A stretch of 63,813 bases of DNA, counting the filler, from Reticulomyxa filosa (taxonomy: Eukaryota; Protista; Foraminifera), in NCBI GenBank assembly GCA_000512085.1. It is 15 parts of 15 records of this genome, joined end to end, with 100 filler letters (N's around TTAATTAATTAA, not from the genome) between each part and the next. Parts side by side here need not be neighbours in the genome. Positions count along the whole stretch, not along the records: positions 29,140 to 50,332 come from ASPP01002332.1; 14 more parts are not named here. One strand, 5' to 3'. This document shows positions 39,296-50,432 of the stretch, one piece after another (the stretch's first letter is position 1; each line of letters begins with the position of its first letter). The position numbers and the translations under genes were made by a program. Under the pieces are notes generated by a model. It was not told where the DNA came from. It saw only the letters and a program-made list of their open reading frames with translations, and made no database searches.

Positions 39296-39997
39296 ATGAA
39301 TCGACAAACATTAGAGCGCAAGATGGACTTCACTAACACACTAACTCCGCGTTTTCGGCAACGAAAGAAGCAAAAACGACCAGAACTGACCGAAGATCAA
39401 AAAGCAGAAGTCAAAGAAGCATTTGATTTGTTTGACGAAAATAAAAGCGGGCGTATTGACTTTCAAGAAATGAAGGCAATTATATATTTTTTGATTTGTC
39501 AATTATAAATTGGGGATTTTGTGAAATTGTAATTTGTGCAAATGGTTTTAAGGTTGCAATGAAAGCGCTCGGACACGACATCAAAAAAGCAGAAATATTA
39601 GAAATTAAACAACAATATGACAAAGAAGACACAGGCACTATTGCATACCAAGATTTTTTGGAAATAAGTTATTTCAACAATGTGATTTTATGTTGTTTTG
39701 CTTACGTATTATTCATCATTTTTGACCTAACCAGAACCGTTTTTGCCTTTGATAGTGACACAAGTAATTTTAGCACGAGATCCGGATGAAGAGATTTACA
39801 AAGCATTCCAACTTTTTGACGATGACCAAACCGGTAAAATATCGCTCAAAAATTTGAGAAGGGTAGCTCGTGAGTTGGGTGAAAATATGAGCGACGAAGA
39901 CCTGCAAGGAATGATTGATGAATTTGATAAAGACGAAGATAATGAAATCAGTTTAGAGGAATTTGCTGCCATTATGAAACAGTCATCTCTTTACTAG
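39296..39997 (+). CDS. CETN3: Centrin (centrin-3/Cdc31-like), 3 exons
   Basis: [18 protein letters not shown]...EMK|VAMKALG...[38 protein letters not shown]...MIDEFDKD...IMKQSSLY. Introns 39476-39552 and about 39668-39755. Confidence 0.93.
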
Positions 39998-40427
39998 CTT
40001 TGTTTTTGTTTTTCGTTCCTTTGGTAAATTACGTTATTTAATTCATTGATTTTTTTCTCTTTGCACATCAATTTTCGAATTCTCTTTCAGAATAACTGTC
40101 CATTTTTTTGTTAAACTTCTTCTTGAACTACTAAAAAATTGGTCAAATATTCGTCTATCCAATCTTGTCTTGAACACGGAGCTTCAATAAATAACATATG
40201 TAAGCATTCTTACAATGAATAATCTTGTAGAGATACGCGCACCTTAACAAAATTGACAAACTAACATAAAGTCAAAATTATAATTTGAGCCTAATGTTTT
40301 TGCAGTAGAGTTTTGGAAATAGAAACGCAACAAATTATTGTCTTATAGCTCAAACAAAAAAGTTCACAAGAGCCCTTGTTTTCTCTTCGTATCAGTTGAG
40401 AGTGTATAGCCTCCAAAATCTGGTAGA

Positions 40428-41604
40428 ATGAGTGAATCAAGAATTTTGTCGGTTCCAACAGTTTTCGTGGCAATATTGTCCGTTTGCTCATGTGAATACG
40501 TGTGTTTCTCTACTTGGAAGGCCAAGCAAAAGTCAAATGTTTATCAAAGAAATAGTTTATTTGTGGATAACATATTTTTGATGGCACTTTGTGATGGACT
40601 AAATGCCCTTTGGTGTATCTTGAATTGGTTACCCAGCGCCTTAACTATTTTTGATCCTAGCAAAAGTAGTTTGTGGCAGTATGACGAAACCGTCTGTAAG
40701 TTATTGGGGATGTTTTCACAATTTGTGGGAACGAGCAGCCCGTTATGGCATGTACTGATCGCATTGTCTTTATTTTATCTAATTTTAGGATTTCCCTTGT
40801 CAACCCTTGCTAGACATAAAAACAAGTTGTTTTTTGGAATTGTTATAACAGGTAAATACACTCTGACGTAAGTTTTTATCCTTTTAGAACTCCATTGTAC
40901 AAACTCCAAATCATGTTTATCCCTCAGTATAAAAACAACATAGCAAAAATTGAGAGTGATAAAAAAAAATTGATGTTTTAGGGATCGTATTGACTATTAT
41001 CCCTTTTTGTTATGGGGCATATGGACGAATTAAAACCGTTGGAAATGACTCAGAGTGTTGGATAAACCAAAAAACACTTCAATTGACGGAATATGTTCCA
41101 ATTGTGTTGTCCGTTGCTTTTCACAACGTGATCACTGTAATCATGGGAGTACAATATTGCAGATACAAATATAAGCACTATGCTGATGTGGAGCAGCATT
41201 TGATATCACGAAGACCACATTATAGTGCTGTCCTGTCTGATAAGATGGCAGCATTTGTGATCGTTTTCACGTTGGTTCGTGTGTTTCCCACAGTTAACCG
41301 CATATATGGATTGATTCACGACAGTTCTCCGCTTTGGCTCGTTTTATTGCATCATGTTTCCATTGCATCTGTCGGATTAGGTGATGGTCTGGTGTGGTAT
41401 TGCACTAGAAAACAACACAGCAGCAATAATCAGCATCTCGAAAACAAAATGCGAAACAGGGAACCAGTTGCAAATCCAAAAGGAAAACAACTCACAATTC
41501 AAACTCTGTATTCAAGCCAAAGCGTGGACAATGCCTTTCCTAGTGACGATGATGATAATGGCAGTTTTATGTTGAGCAGTGACTTGTCGTCAAGTTCTAC
41601 CTAG
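40428..41604 (+). CDS. 7TM GPCR, cAMP-receptor/GCR1-like, 2 exons
   Basis: LSVCSC (TM1), FLMALCD (TM2), CKLLGMFSQF...SPLW (TM3), ECWI (ECL2), FPTVNRIY (TM6) and VGLGDGLVW (TM7). Confidence 0.8.
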
Positions 41605-43206
41605 TCGAAAGTCATTGCACAGATTTATGCGGTCTTACGTGAAAATAAGTGAATTTTTGCTGTTTCATTGTTTTCATTCAATTTTTTAAAAATTAAATAT
41701 GATATTTTGCGTTTTCAAAAATTTTCTTTGCATCGCACGTTAAAACACTGGGTGCAAACATAATTTTATTTACAAAAATCTATTTTTGCTCGGCTTGAGC
41801 CTAATTTGTGGTTATGTTGAAAAAATTATTCAATTTTGCTGCTTTTCACTACCAGCATAATCCAATTTTTTCCACTTCATTTTCAAATTTTTAAACATTC
41901 CTACATGACACGCAAGAATAAATTTTCTAAATTTGTACTCCAAAAAATAAAAGAACCAACCAAATCCTTTTAATGACCCCGATAATAAAATTTGCAAATA
42001 AAACGAAAAATCTCTTATTTCCTATTCGGTCATGTTTCCTTTCTGTTCAAATTGCTAAATCAATTTCTATAGAGATTATGCTGATCATTCTCATTTTTAA
42101 ATAATCGTCTATTTCTATTGCTTTTCTACAATTGATCACTTTATCTAACTATCTTTTATTCTAATAAGCATCCTGCAATCCCAAAATGATTGTAACGTTT
42201 TGTTGATTGTTTTGTAAGATAGACAATTCTTAAATGCAAACGAATTAGGTGCAAGCATTCAGATAGACCACATACTTCAAAATAAGTGGAATGTATACGA
42301 CACTTCGATCGTGAAACTATTTGATTTCTTTGTAAATTTTTTACACGTTTTGGGCAAGTTGTTCAATGGCAAACCAATTAGTGACGATAAGCAATGGTTT
42401 GAAATCTTCAACTCAAAGTAGATGGTAATATTTATACAATATTACAACGTTGTCCAACAAACGATTGAAAATCTCGAAAGGACTTGACACTTACACGCAA
42501 AAACTCTGAAAAATTAACAACACACAAAATATTGAAATTGACCAAAATAAGTCATTCTGCGTGCGACACAAGGAAAAATTAATGGGCAGTGTTGGTGCAC
42601 AATTGAGATGAATTGGATCTCATGTTCGGTAGTTATTTTGTTGATAGTATGTAAACTCTTCAAAACAAGAAAGGAACGGAAGAAAAACAAAATTAACATC
42701 AATAACACGGTAAAAAAAATGAAAAGATGTGGGGAATGCATTTATCGAAAACAAAAATGAACAAATGCAACAGGGAGGAGGAAACAAAAACGAGACCAGA
42801 AGCAAATAATTACAAACTGGTTAGATTGGTTCATTTAACCACATTTTTTTGGAAATTGTTTCCACCAGCCAACTTGCATTTTCTTTTTCGAAGAAGTAAC
42901 ATTTAAACAGACCAAATGCTGCAGTGATAGAACACATTCACAAAAAGAAAAAAAAAAAGAAAACGATCTACAACAAAGAAGAATTAACAAAAAGAAGTTC
43001 ATACATGACAAATGCACCAAGTAGCTAATAAGAAAACAAAAACAAAACAAACAAACAAAAAATACAAAAATCAATCTTGAAGCTCAAGCTATCTTATCCC
43101 ACAAAAAAAAACAAAAAAACATGAGGAATTGGTGCAAAAGGAAAGAAAAGAGTTTTATTTCTTGATGTATTGGTCTGGCTGTTAAGCATTCTTAGGACAT
43201 TGAAAA

Positions 43207-46200
43207 TCACCTGAACGATCTTTGATGTAATTTTTGGGATGCAAGGGAACGAATAGCATTCCATTGTTGTTGCTTACGTTTTTTCTATGTTTGTTTTCAA
43301 AATGTTGTGGATATGAACAATTGTAAGGATTGTGTTATCCAATATATGTATTGTTTTAGTAACAAACTTTGTCATTCCAATTTTTTTCAAATCCGTTTTG
43401 AGAAGTTTTATTCTTGAGCAGATCTTCCATGATCTTGTCGAACGTGGCTTCGTCTCTCATTTTAAATCCGTCCATCGCATCTTCATTGTATTCTTTCAAT
43501 TGTTCATTCCAGTGATTTTTGTTCTGTGAACATTGATGTGCATACGTTACAAAAACATAAAGTGTATTTGGAAACGAAACAAAGGAAGCAGTGAACAATG
43601 ACAACATTAAACAATGGATGAATAAATGAAACTTCAATAAAAGCGGCGATAATCTTTGGCCAAATGGTTCGTTTGTCCATGTCCACAAGCAATTCAATGG
43701 CATCTTCGCTCCAAACTAATAAGGCTCTCTCGGCAACCGAATGATGTTTCGATTTCATGCATTTGATCAATTGTTCAATCACGGCCAGCAAAATGCCTTG
43801 ATGATTTTGATTGTCAAATCCATTTTTGTGATTCACCATCGCATTGATTACATTGACAACTTCTGCAATGAACATTTCTTCTTTTGATGGGGATTGAATT
43901 GGCCAAAACTGTCACGCAAAACAAAAAGCATAGCAAACACAAGTTGTAATGAAATCAAATCTCAAAACAAACAAACAAGCAAAAAAAAAAGAACTCGAAG
44001 AAGCCCTCCCAAAATGATAGGGGCAATGCTTGGATCTTTGAACACAAATTGCACACAACAGGCCACCAATTGTTCATGAAACTTTTCTAGTCTTTTGCAT
44101 TTGTGCAAGGGCATTAACACATTCCTTAAAAATTCTTTGTGTTCATCTTTCACCGGTATACTGAATCCATGAATGACACTACAGAAGATTTCCAAAAACT
44201 CGGCAATCCCGTTTTCGGATCGATCTGGTTCGTACACAGTTCGGAAGCAAGCATTGGCGATGGATGTGCGAATGGATATGCGCATTGGCATAAATCGTCC
44301 GTAAATGCGATGCATTATGGTTTTCAGATAATCACGTTCTCGAATATCTTCAGAACTAAACAATTCAATCAGACTGTCGACAAACTTTCCTTCCAAATAT
44401 CTTCGCATTATCTATGATCATTGCATACAAAAAGGCTTATGTCAAATGACGAAGCGATTCACAAAAGTGTCTTTTTTTAAACTTTTTTGTCAATGTCAGT
44501 GCAAACGACAAGTCGCAATGTCAAATCGTAAATGAGTTGCAAGTGCGGCCATGACGGATCTTCAAAAAGCTCTTCTTCGCCCTCCAGTTGTTTTTTAGGA
44601 CGTGGCAAGGAGCGAAATAAATTTTTGCCTATCGTAATCATGCATTGTTGCAATATTGGTTCGGAATACCAGGCAAATTTGGATATGTATTCCAATATCT
44701 CCGTCAACATTGCCTTTTTTTTTTCGATACCTTTGCTTTGCCATATATTCTAACGATGTTACACAAATCACAAAAGCAATACGGGTAATAGCATACATTT
44801 CTCTTGTATATTGTCATTTTTTTCCTTTTCTCTCTCTCTCTCTCTCTCTTACTAAAAAGGTCTGTCATTTGCCACCAAAAAAAAGCAACGATCGAAACAA
44901 CCAAAGAAAAAAAAATTACCATCGACTTGAAATCAAAAGGGATACAACATAGTTTCAATTTTGAAATGAGGGCCTCATTTCTCTTTTCAATTGATGTAAT
45001 TTCAGTCAACAACGACAATTTGGAACGGATAACCGACTTTTGATCCAAGTTCAATTCATCGAACGAATCCTTGGTCTCGGTGTCGTTTTCATCGGTACCT
45101 TGGAACGAGTCTGCGCTTTGGTTACCAATGCCAATGCCAATGCCAATGCCAATGCCAATGCCGCTGCCACTGCTAATTCCGGCGATATGATGTCCGATGG
45201 ACAGACGAGGAGAGCCTCTTGGCGACGCGTTCGGAGAGGACATGAAGCCACCACCTTCTGGCGACGATGGACTGGGAGATAAGCCGCGCAATGAGTTGCG
45301 CTGAATGCGTTGTCCCTCTTTGTCGCTCAACAACAAGAAACTATCCAATGGATTCTTTTCGCGCAGTTTCATTTTGTCGGCTACACGTTGTATTATATAC
45401 AATCGAAATATGTACATGTATTGTATATGTACATATATATGTATATGTATATGTATATGCTACATAGGTATATATATGTGTATGCACAAGGAATCCATCA
45501 TATTACACATGTACACATCACAGGACTATGCGAAATGAACGCATGCATATAACACACAAGTGACAGGCCAAATCGACCTTTCGTGAAACATATAGGGGCA
45601 TCCATCACATACCATTTTTATTGCTGTTGGAATAATGATTGATTTGGATTTTTGGAAATCCAGAGTTGCCATTGTTTAAATCGTGTTCGAACACTGTCAG
45701 ACTGCTGCGCGGACTAAAACTTTTGGATATTCCATTCATTTCGCCGGATTTGCTTCCCATATGCTTTCCATTCATTGGAATGATATCCCCATTACTGCTG
45801 TTCACTAATAAGTTACTATTGCTGTTGTTGTTATAGTTTTCTTTGCGTGGCATTATGTCGCCATTCGTATTTGTATTTATATTTGCATTTGCATTTGCAT
45901 TTGCATTTGCATTTGCATTGTTGGGCGAAACATGTGATATCAATAAGTTGTTATTTGTGCCGTTATTGCCATGATCTCCTTTTCGTGGAGATACATCCGT
46001 ATTTATTACGTGATTACTTCCATTTTCTTTTCGTGAACCGATATTCTTATTCTCTCCTGCTGTTGAACGACTACCATTTATCACTTTTTTGTTTTGTTAT
46101 TTCAAACATAAAAAAACATTCCACATCGTTGCACATGTGTGTCTTTCTTTTTTTTAACACACTGCTTGCTTCCAAAGTGCTTGGCTGTCCTGTGAGTGCA

Positions 46201-46469
46201 AACGCTTGAGTCCATTGTTTTTGAATGGTATCGTAGTTGCTCTCGGTTTGCACCAACAGCGAGTCCACGTACAACAATGCTAAAAAGCGGAAAAAGGATT
46301 CTCGAATTGGCGAGTTGGAGTTATGGAAAGCTGTAAACAATTGCTCTGAGGAAGAATGTCTTATTAAATTTTGCAACTCCACACGCAACATATTGGAAGT
46401 CATATTTATTTTCTGGTACAAGTTTCCAAAAAAAGAGACCCCTTGATCAAGTTTTGCACCCGTACACAT
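43207..46469 (-). CDS. PPP2R5: PP2A regulatory subunit B' (B56), multi-exon, long low-complexity N-terminal extension (start uncertain)
   Basis: KLKLCCIPFDF, NLFRSLP, EDPSWPHLQLIY, FSSEDIRERDYLKTIMHRIYG, GIAEFLEI, LMPLHK, SKHHSVAERAL and HWN. Core about 43207-45050; linkage of exons above 45400 is inferred. Confidence 0.9.
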
Positions 46470-46599
46470 CCAAAACAAAAATTGTCTTTAAAAAAGTAGC
46501 AGTATTTATGTTTGGCATCCAAAAAAAAGTAGGTTAACCTGATTATGCAAATGAAATGAATTTAAATGAAATACACTATGAAAAATCAAGAGCAATAAT

Positions 46600-47622
46600 C
46601 TATTCAAAAGATAATTTGACAAGATCTCCATTTTCATTATATTGATAAAAAGCATGTTGCTCATCAGGACCGAAATGAAGTTTCATGTCATCTGGAGTGA
46701 TATCTTTGTGTCTCATTTTGTACACCATAGACAGTCTTTGAGCGTCATTTGCACCAACACGATGCAAAACTCCGCGATAGTAGCTTTGAGTGATGCGTTC
46801 TGTGGTCTCACTGCAAAATAGTACTAAGTCGTGCTTCTGCAAGAACTGGTCGATACGTATCCACTCTTTAGTGGCAAAAAGAAACACCTCCAAACCGGTG
46901 ACGTTAGGACACGGTTCGATGGACAGAAATCCTTGATCGACATGCGCATTGCAATTGACAACTTTGGCAGCGTCTTTGTCATTCAAGCAAGTGTGCGTAT
47001 TGCGATAACAAAATACGGAAAGCAAAGAGCTAGAAAATCTGCCATCTTTGGGCGTTCCAATGGCACGAAATGCATTCAAATCAATTTTTTCGGCCGAGCG
47101 AGATTCCTTTTTTTTTTCTTCTTCATATTTGCTCATCACAATCTCGAATACTCTTTTTGTAATACTCTCCAAAAAAAAATATACTTCTGTCAGAACAGAC
47201 TCAAATTCACCACCTGGAAATGGGTGTTGTATGTCCTTATGCGTGCATTCGTCAAATACTTTGATGTGAAATGCCTCTTTGGCGGTCGTATTCGCATAGC
47301 CAAGCTCCTTGTCTGTGTGGTAACGCTTCATTTTATCTGCAACGTTCATGGCTGGATCATTGAAGAATCTTAAACTCAGTTCTTCCGCCGATTTCACAAC
47401 TCTTTGTTTCATTGGTATGTCATTTTCTAATATCAAAAATCCATACTTTGCAAACATTTCGCTTATTTTTTCCTTTGCATTGTCCGTGTCTTTATACAGC
47501 GAACTAACAGGCACTCGTTTCAGGCTCAAGTAGTCTGGAAATAACGCCGGTTGTTTGACATGATCTATTCCTGTTTCAAAAAGAGAGAGCAAATCATCCA
47601 CTATATCAAGAGCAACGCTCAT
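46600..47622 (-). CDS. 2-oxoglutarate/Fe(II)-dependent dioxygenase (IPNS/ACO-like), intronless
   Basis: FAKYGFLIL, AHVDQGFLSI (HxD), GLEV, LHRV (distal His) and RLSMVY (RxS). Confidence 0.88.
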   Translation of the reverse strand: MSVALDIVDDLLSLFETGIDHVKQPALFPDYLSLKRVPVSSLYKDTDNAKEKISEMFAKYGFLILENDIPMKQRVVKSAEELSLRFFNDPAMNVADKMKRYHTDKELGYANTTAKEAFHIKVFDECTHKDIQHPFPGGEFESVLTEVYFFLESITKRVFEIVMSKYEEEKKKESRSAEKIDLNAFRAIGTPKDGRFSSSLLSVFCYRNTHTCLNDKDAAKVVNCNAHVDQGFLSIEPCPNVTGLEVFLFATKEWIRIDQFLQKHDLVLFCSETTERITQSYYRGVLHRVGANDAQRLSMVYKMRHKDITPDDMKLHFGPDEQHAFYQYNENGDLVKLSFE

Positions 47623-47924
47623 TAGCTCGGTTTATTATATATTTATTTGGAAGAATATTTGTCCGTTGGTGAACGCTCACTCTTGCAAAATTTTAACGTG
47701 AGTATAAATTAGATTTTAACTCTCGAATTGAAATACAAGCACGCATTTGCAACATCTACATATTAGATTTTGAAAATTCATTGCAAAGATATCTTTTTTT
47801 TGTGCATCATTCTTGTACAAATTACCTAAAATTTGCTTTTCTGACTTTTGAAGCAAGTTCTACGTAAAAAGTTCTTTTTGGATTTAGAGTTTTAAATTAG
47901 CGTTCCTAGAAGTAAAATATCACA

Positions 47925-48972
47925 ATGGAGCATTTCGATGCAAACGAATTTGAAGAAATGGACGATAATCTTAACCCTAATTCGGGAACAATTTCCTCCA
48001 CTAATGAAAAAGAAGAAGAATACGAGTCACTGCAGCTGGTTCGTAACAAATTAGCTGCAATGGAAGCAGAAAGCCAGAAAGTAATGATTCAAAAGAACGA
48101 AAAGGAAACGAAAGACTGTATAAATGATACAAATGGCAACAGCGTCAAAAATAAAGTTCCAATTTTATCCTGCAGTAATCCTTCCGTGCAAAGTCCATCT
48201 ATTCCTGATGACACCAACAAAGAGCCTACTACAGATACTCTTGGAGAAGCTACGCTTGATCCGACACTTTTACAACCAAAAGAAGATCAAAAAGCATTGG
48301 ATGAGAGATCTGTTTTTATTAAAAATGTTCGTGTTTATGAATACACTTGTTTTTATCCATTATTTTCTTCCTCTTTGCATCTTTTGCGGCTTAGCGATGA
48401 ACGCACTCTACAAATTTTAATGTGTGCAAAGTCCAAATAACAAACGACAGATTGACGAAAAAGTGGAAGTGGATGAATTAAAGCAATATTTTGAATCGTG
48501 TGGAGCGATTGAACGTGTGACGATCATTGCCAACAAATTCACAGGACAACCCAAAGGATTTGCCTATGTTCAGTTCAAATCAAAAGTAGCAGTAGCAAAT
48601 GCTTTATTGTTGAATGGCAAAACGTGGAAAGGAAAAGTCATTGAGGTGGCTCTATTTGTCTTCTTTTCTCATTTCATTGATCTTCGATAAAGCACTGTGC
48701 AAAAAAAAAAAAAAATTGCGTTGAAAAATGATAGGTACAAAAAAAACGGACAAATCTCCCTTCATGGATGTTCGAGGTATGATTTTATTGATTGTACTCT
48801 GACTCTCTTGGACTCAGTAATAATGTCTATTGTTACCCTTCCATAGCGTGGACGTGGACGAGGAAGAGGGATTCGAGGGTCCTTCAGAGGTCGAGGCCGT
48901 GGACTTGCATATGCAGGATATCGAGGAGGTTATCGAGGGCGTGGATATTGGCAACCTTATGGCACATACTGA
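47925..48972 (+). CDS. PABPN1: Nuclear poly(A)-binding protein (PABPN1/Pab2), 4 exons
   Basis: Acidic coiled N-terminus, DERSVFIKN, FESCGAIERVTIIANKFTGQPKGFAYVQF, KKRTNLP and an RG-rich tail ending RGRGYWQPYGTY. Confidence 0.9.
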
Positions 48973-50220
48973 AAATGATTTTTGCTCCTTTCTCGGTATG
49001 TTAATTGTAATATGGAAATTTTCTTTGGCTACGCTCCGTGCGCGTCACAAGATGCGTGACTTTGCATTTTTAGCAGTACTCTCTTCAAAATTACTTTCAA
49101 CAACAAATACACCATTCCAATTACAACGTAAAAGCTGTTTCAGTTTGTTGTCTGAACCCCATTGAATTTATTTTTCTTTTAAAGTTCAATGATGCAAATC
49201 ATTTTATTTAACACAATTCCATCAGATTGCCAATATCACTTTCAAGTTATTTGATCAAATCACTTAAATTAAAAGTGACAATTTCTTACAAATCAAAGCG
49301 ACGCTTGTTAATAATTGAGAGTCAAATTATTCAGCAACTACTATAATTCATTATAAAATATCACTATTTGTAACTAAATTGTTAGCAATGGACTATGTCA
49401 ATAATAACAGCCAATATTGTGAACAATAGCAGGATCAATTTAACGTAGTAATTTGCTTACACAAAGAACCGCAAATATATAAATATTGTGATTGTCGTGT
49501 ATATACTTTATTTATTTTTATACAGCATGCCGCAGAAAACTGAACATTTACAAAATTTTTTGTTGCATTTTAAAGATCAAAATTTGTGTTGTAATCATTG
49601 TAATAAACAAATATTGTCTTTTTTAAAATACTTTAATAAATCTAATTTGGTCACTTTGACACGTTGGATATGTATTAGCATAACCAAAAAGAAAAAAAGG
49701 AAGTATGCTTAATTTTAAGGTCAAGTGCAAATATTCATTTATAAATATAATGATAATTTGACTTGTGATTAGTCAGTTGACAGGGGACGGTTTAAAAGAA
49801 AGGGACAGATACATTTTAATTATATAAATGTACATGACAGTCATATCAACATCGAAATGGATATTGAGACTCAGTCAGCAAAGACAAGGAAAATGAAAAA
49901 ACGGCATTTAAGGCCGAAAACAAATGGAAAAGCTTATTAATGACAAAAACCCAAGAAAAACATAAGTTACAAAAATCAAGGAAAACACATTTAAGTGATA
50001 GAAGAAAGACAAAATTGAATTTGGATAAGCGCAGTCCAGAATCGATCAGAATAGTCGACAACTATTCATATTTAGTGTCCGTACATGGAGCAAACAAGCA
50101 TAACAATGCATTAACTAAAGAAAAGGCTAAATGACGAAAAAACGATTAAACTTTTTTATTTTTATTATTATGTTTTTTTTAGATCTAACTACAAAAAGAT
50201 AGTTTAATCTAAAACTTTGT

Positions 50221-50300
50221 CTTATAGAGATTATCAATTTCAAATGAAAAAACAATATTAGATATAATTTTTTTAAATATATACAAATCAGTAGGTTGAA
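50221..50300 (+). repeat. Degenerate repeat family B fragment
   Basis: CTTATAGAGATTA...ATGAAAAAACAA...AATTTTTTTAAATAT is shared with 8531-8590. Confidence 0.5.
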
Positions 50301-50432
50301 AAGAAAACTGAACGCATAAAACGATATCATATNNNNNNNNNNNNNNNNNNNNNNNNNNNNNNNNNNNNNNNNNNNNTTAATTAATTAANNNNNNNNNNNN
50401 NNNNNNNNNNNNNNNNNNNNNNNNNNNNNNNN

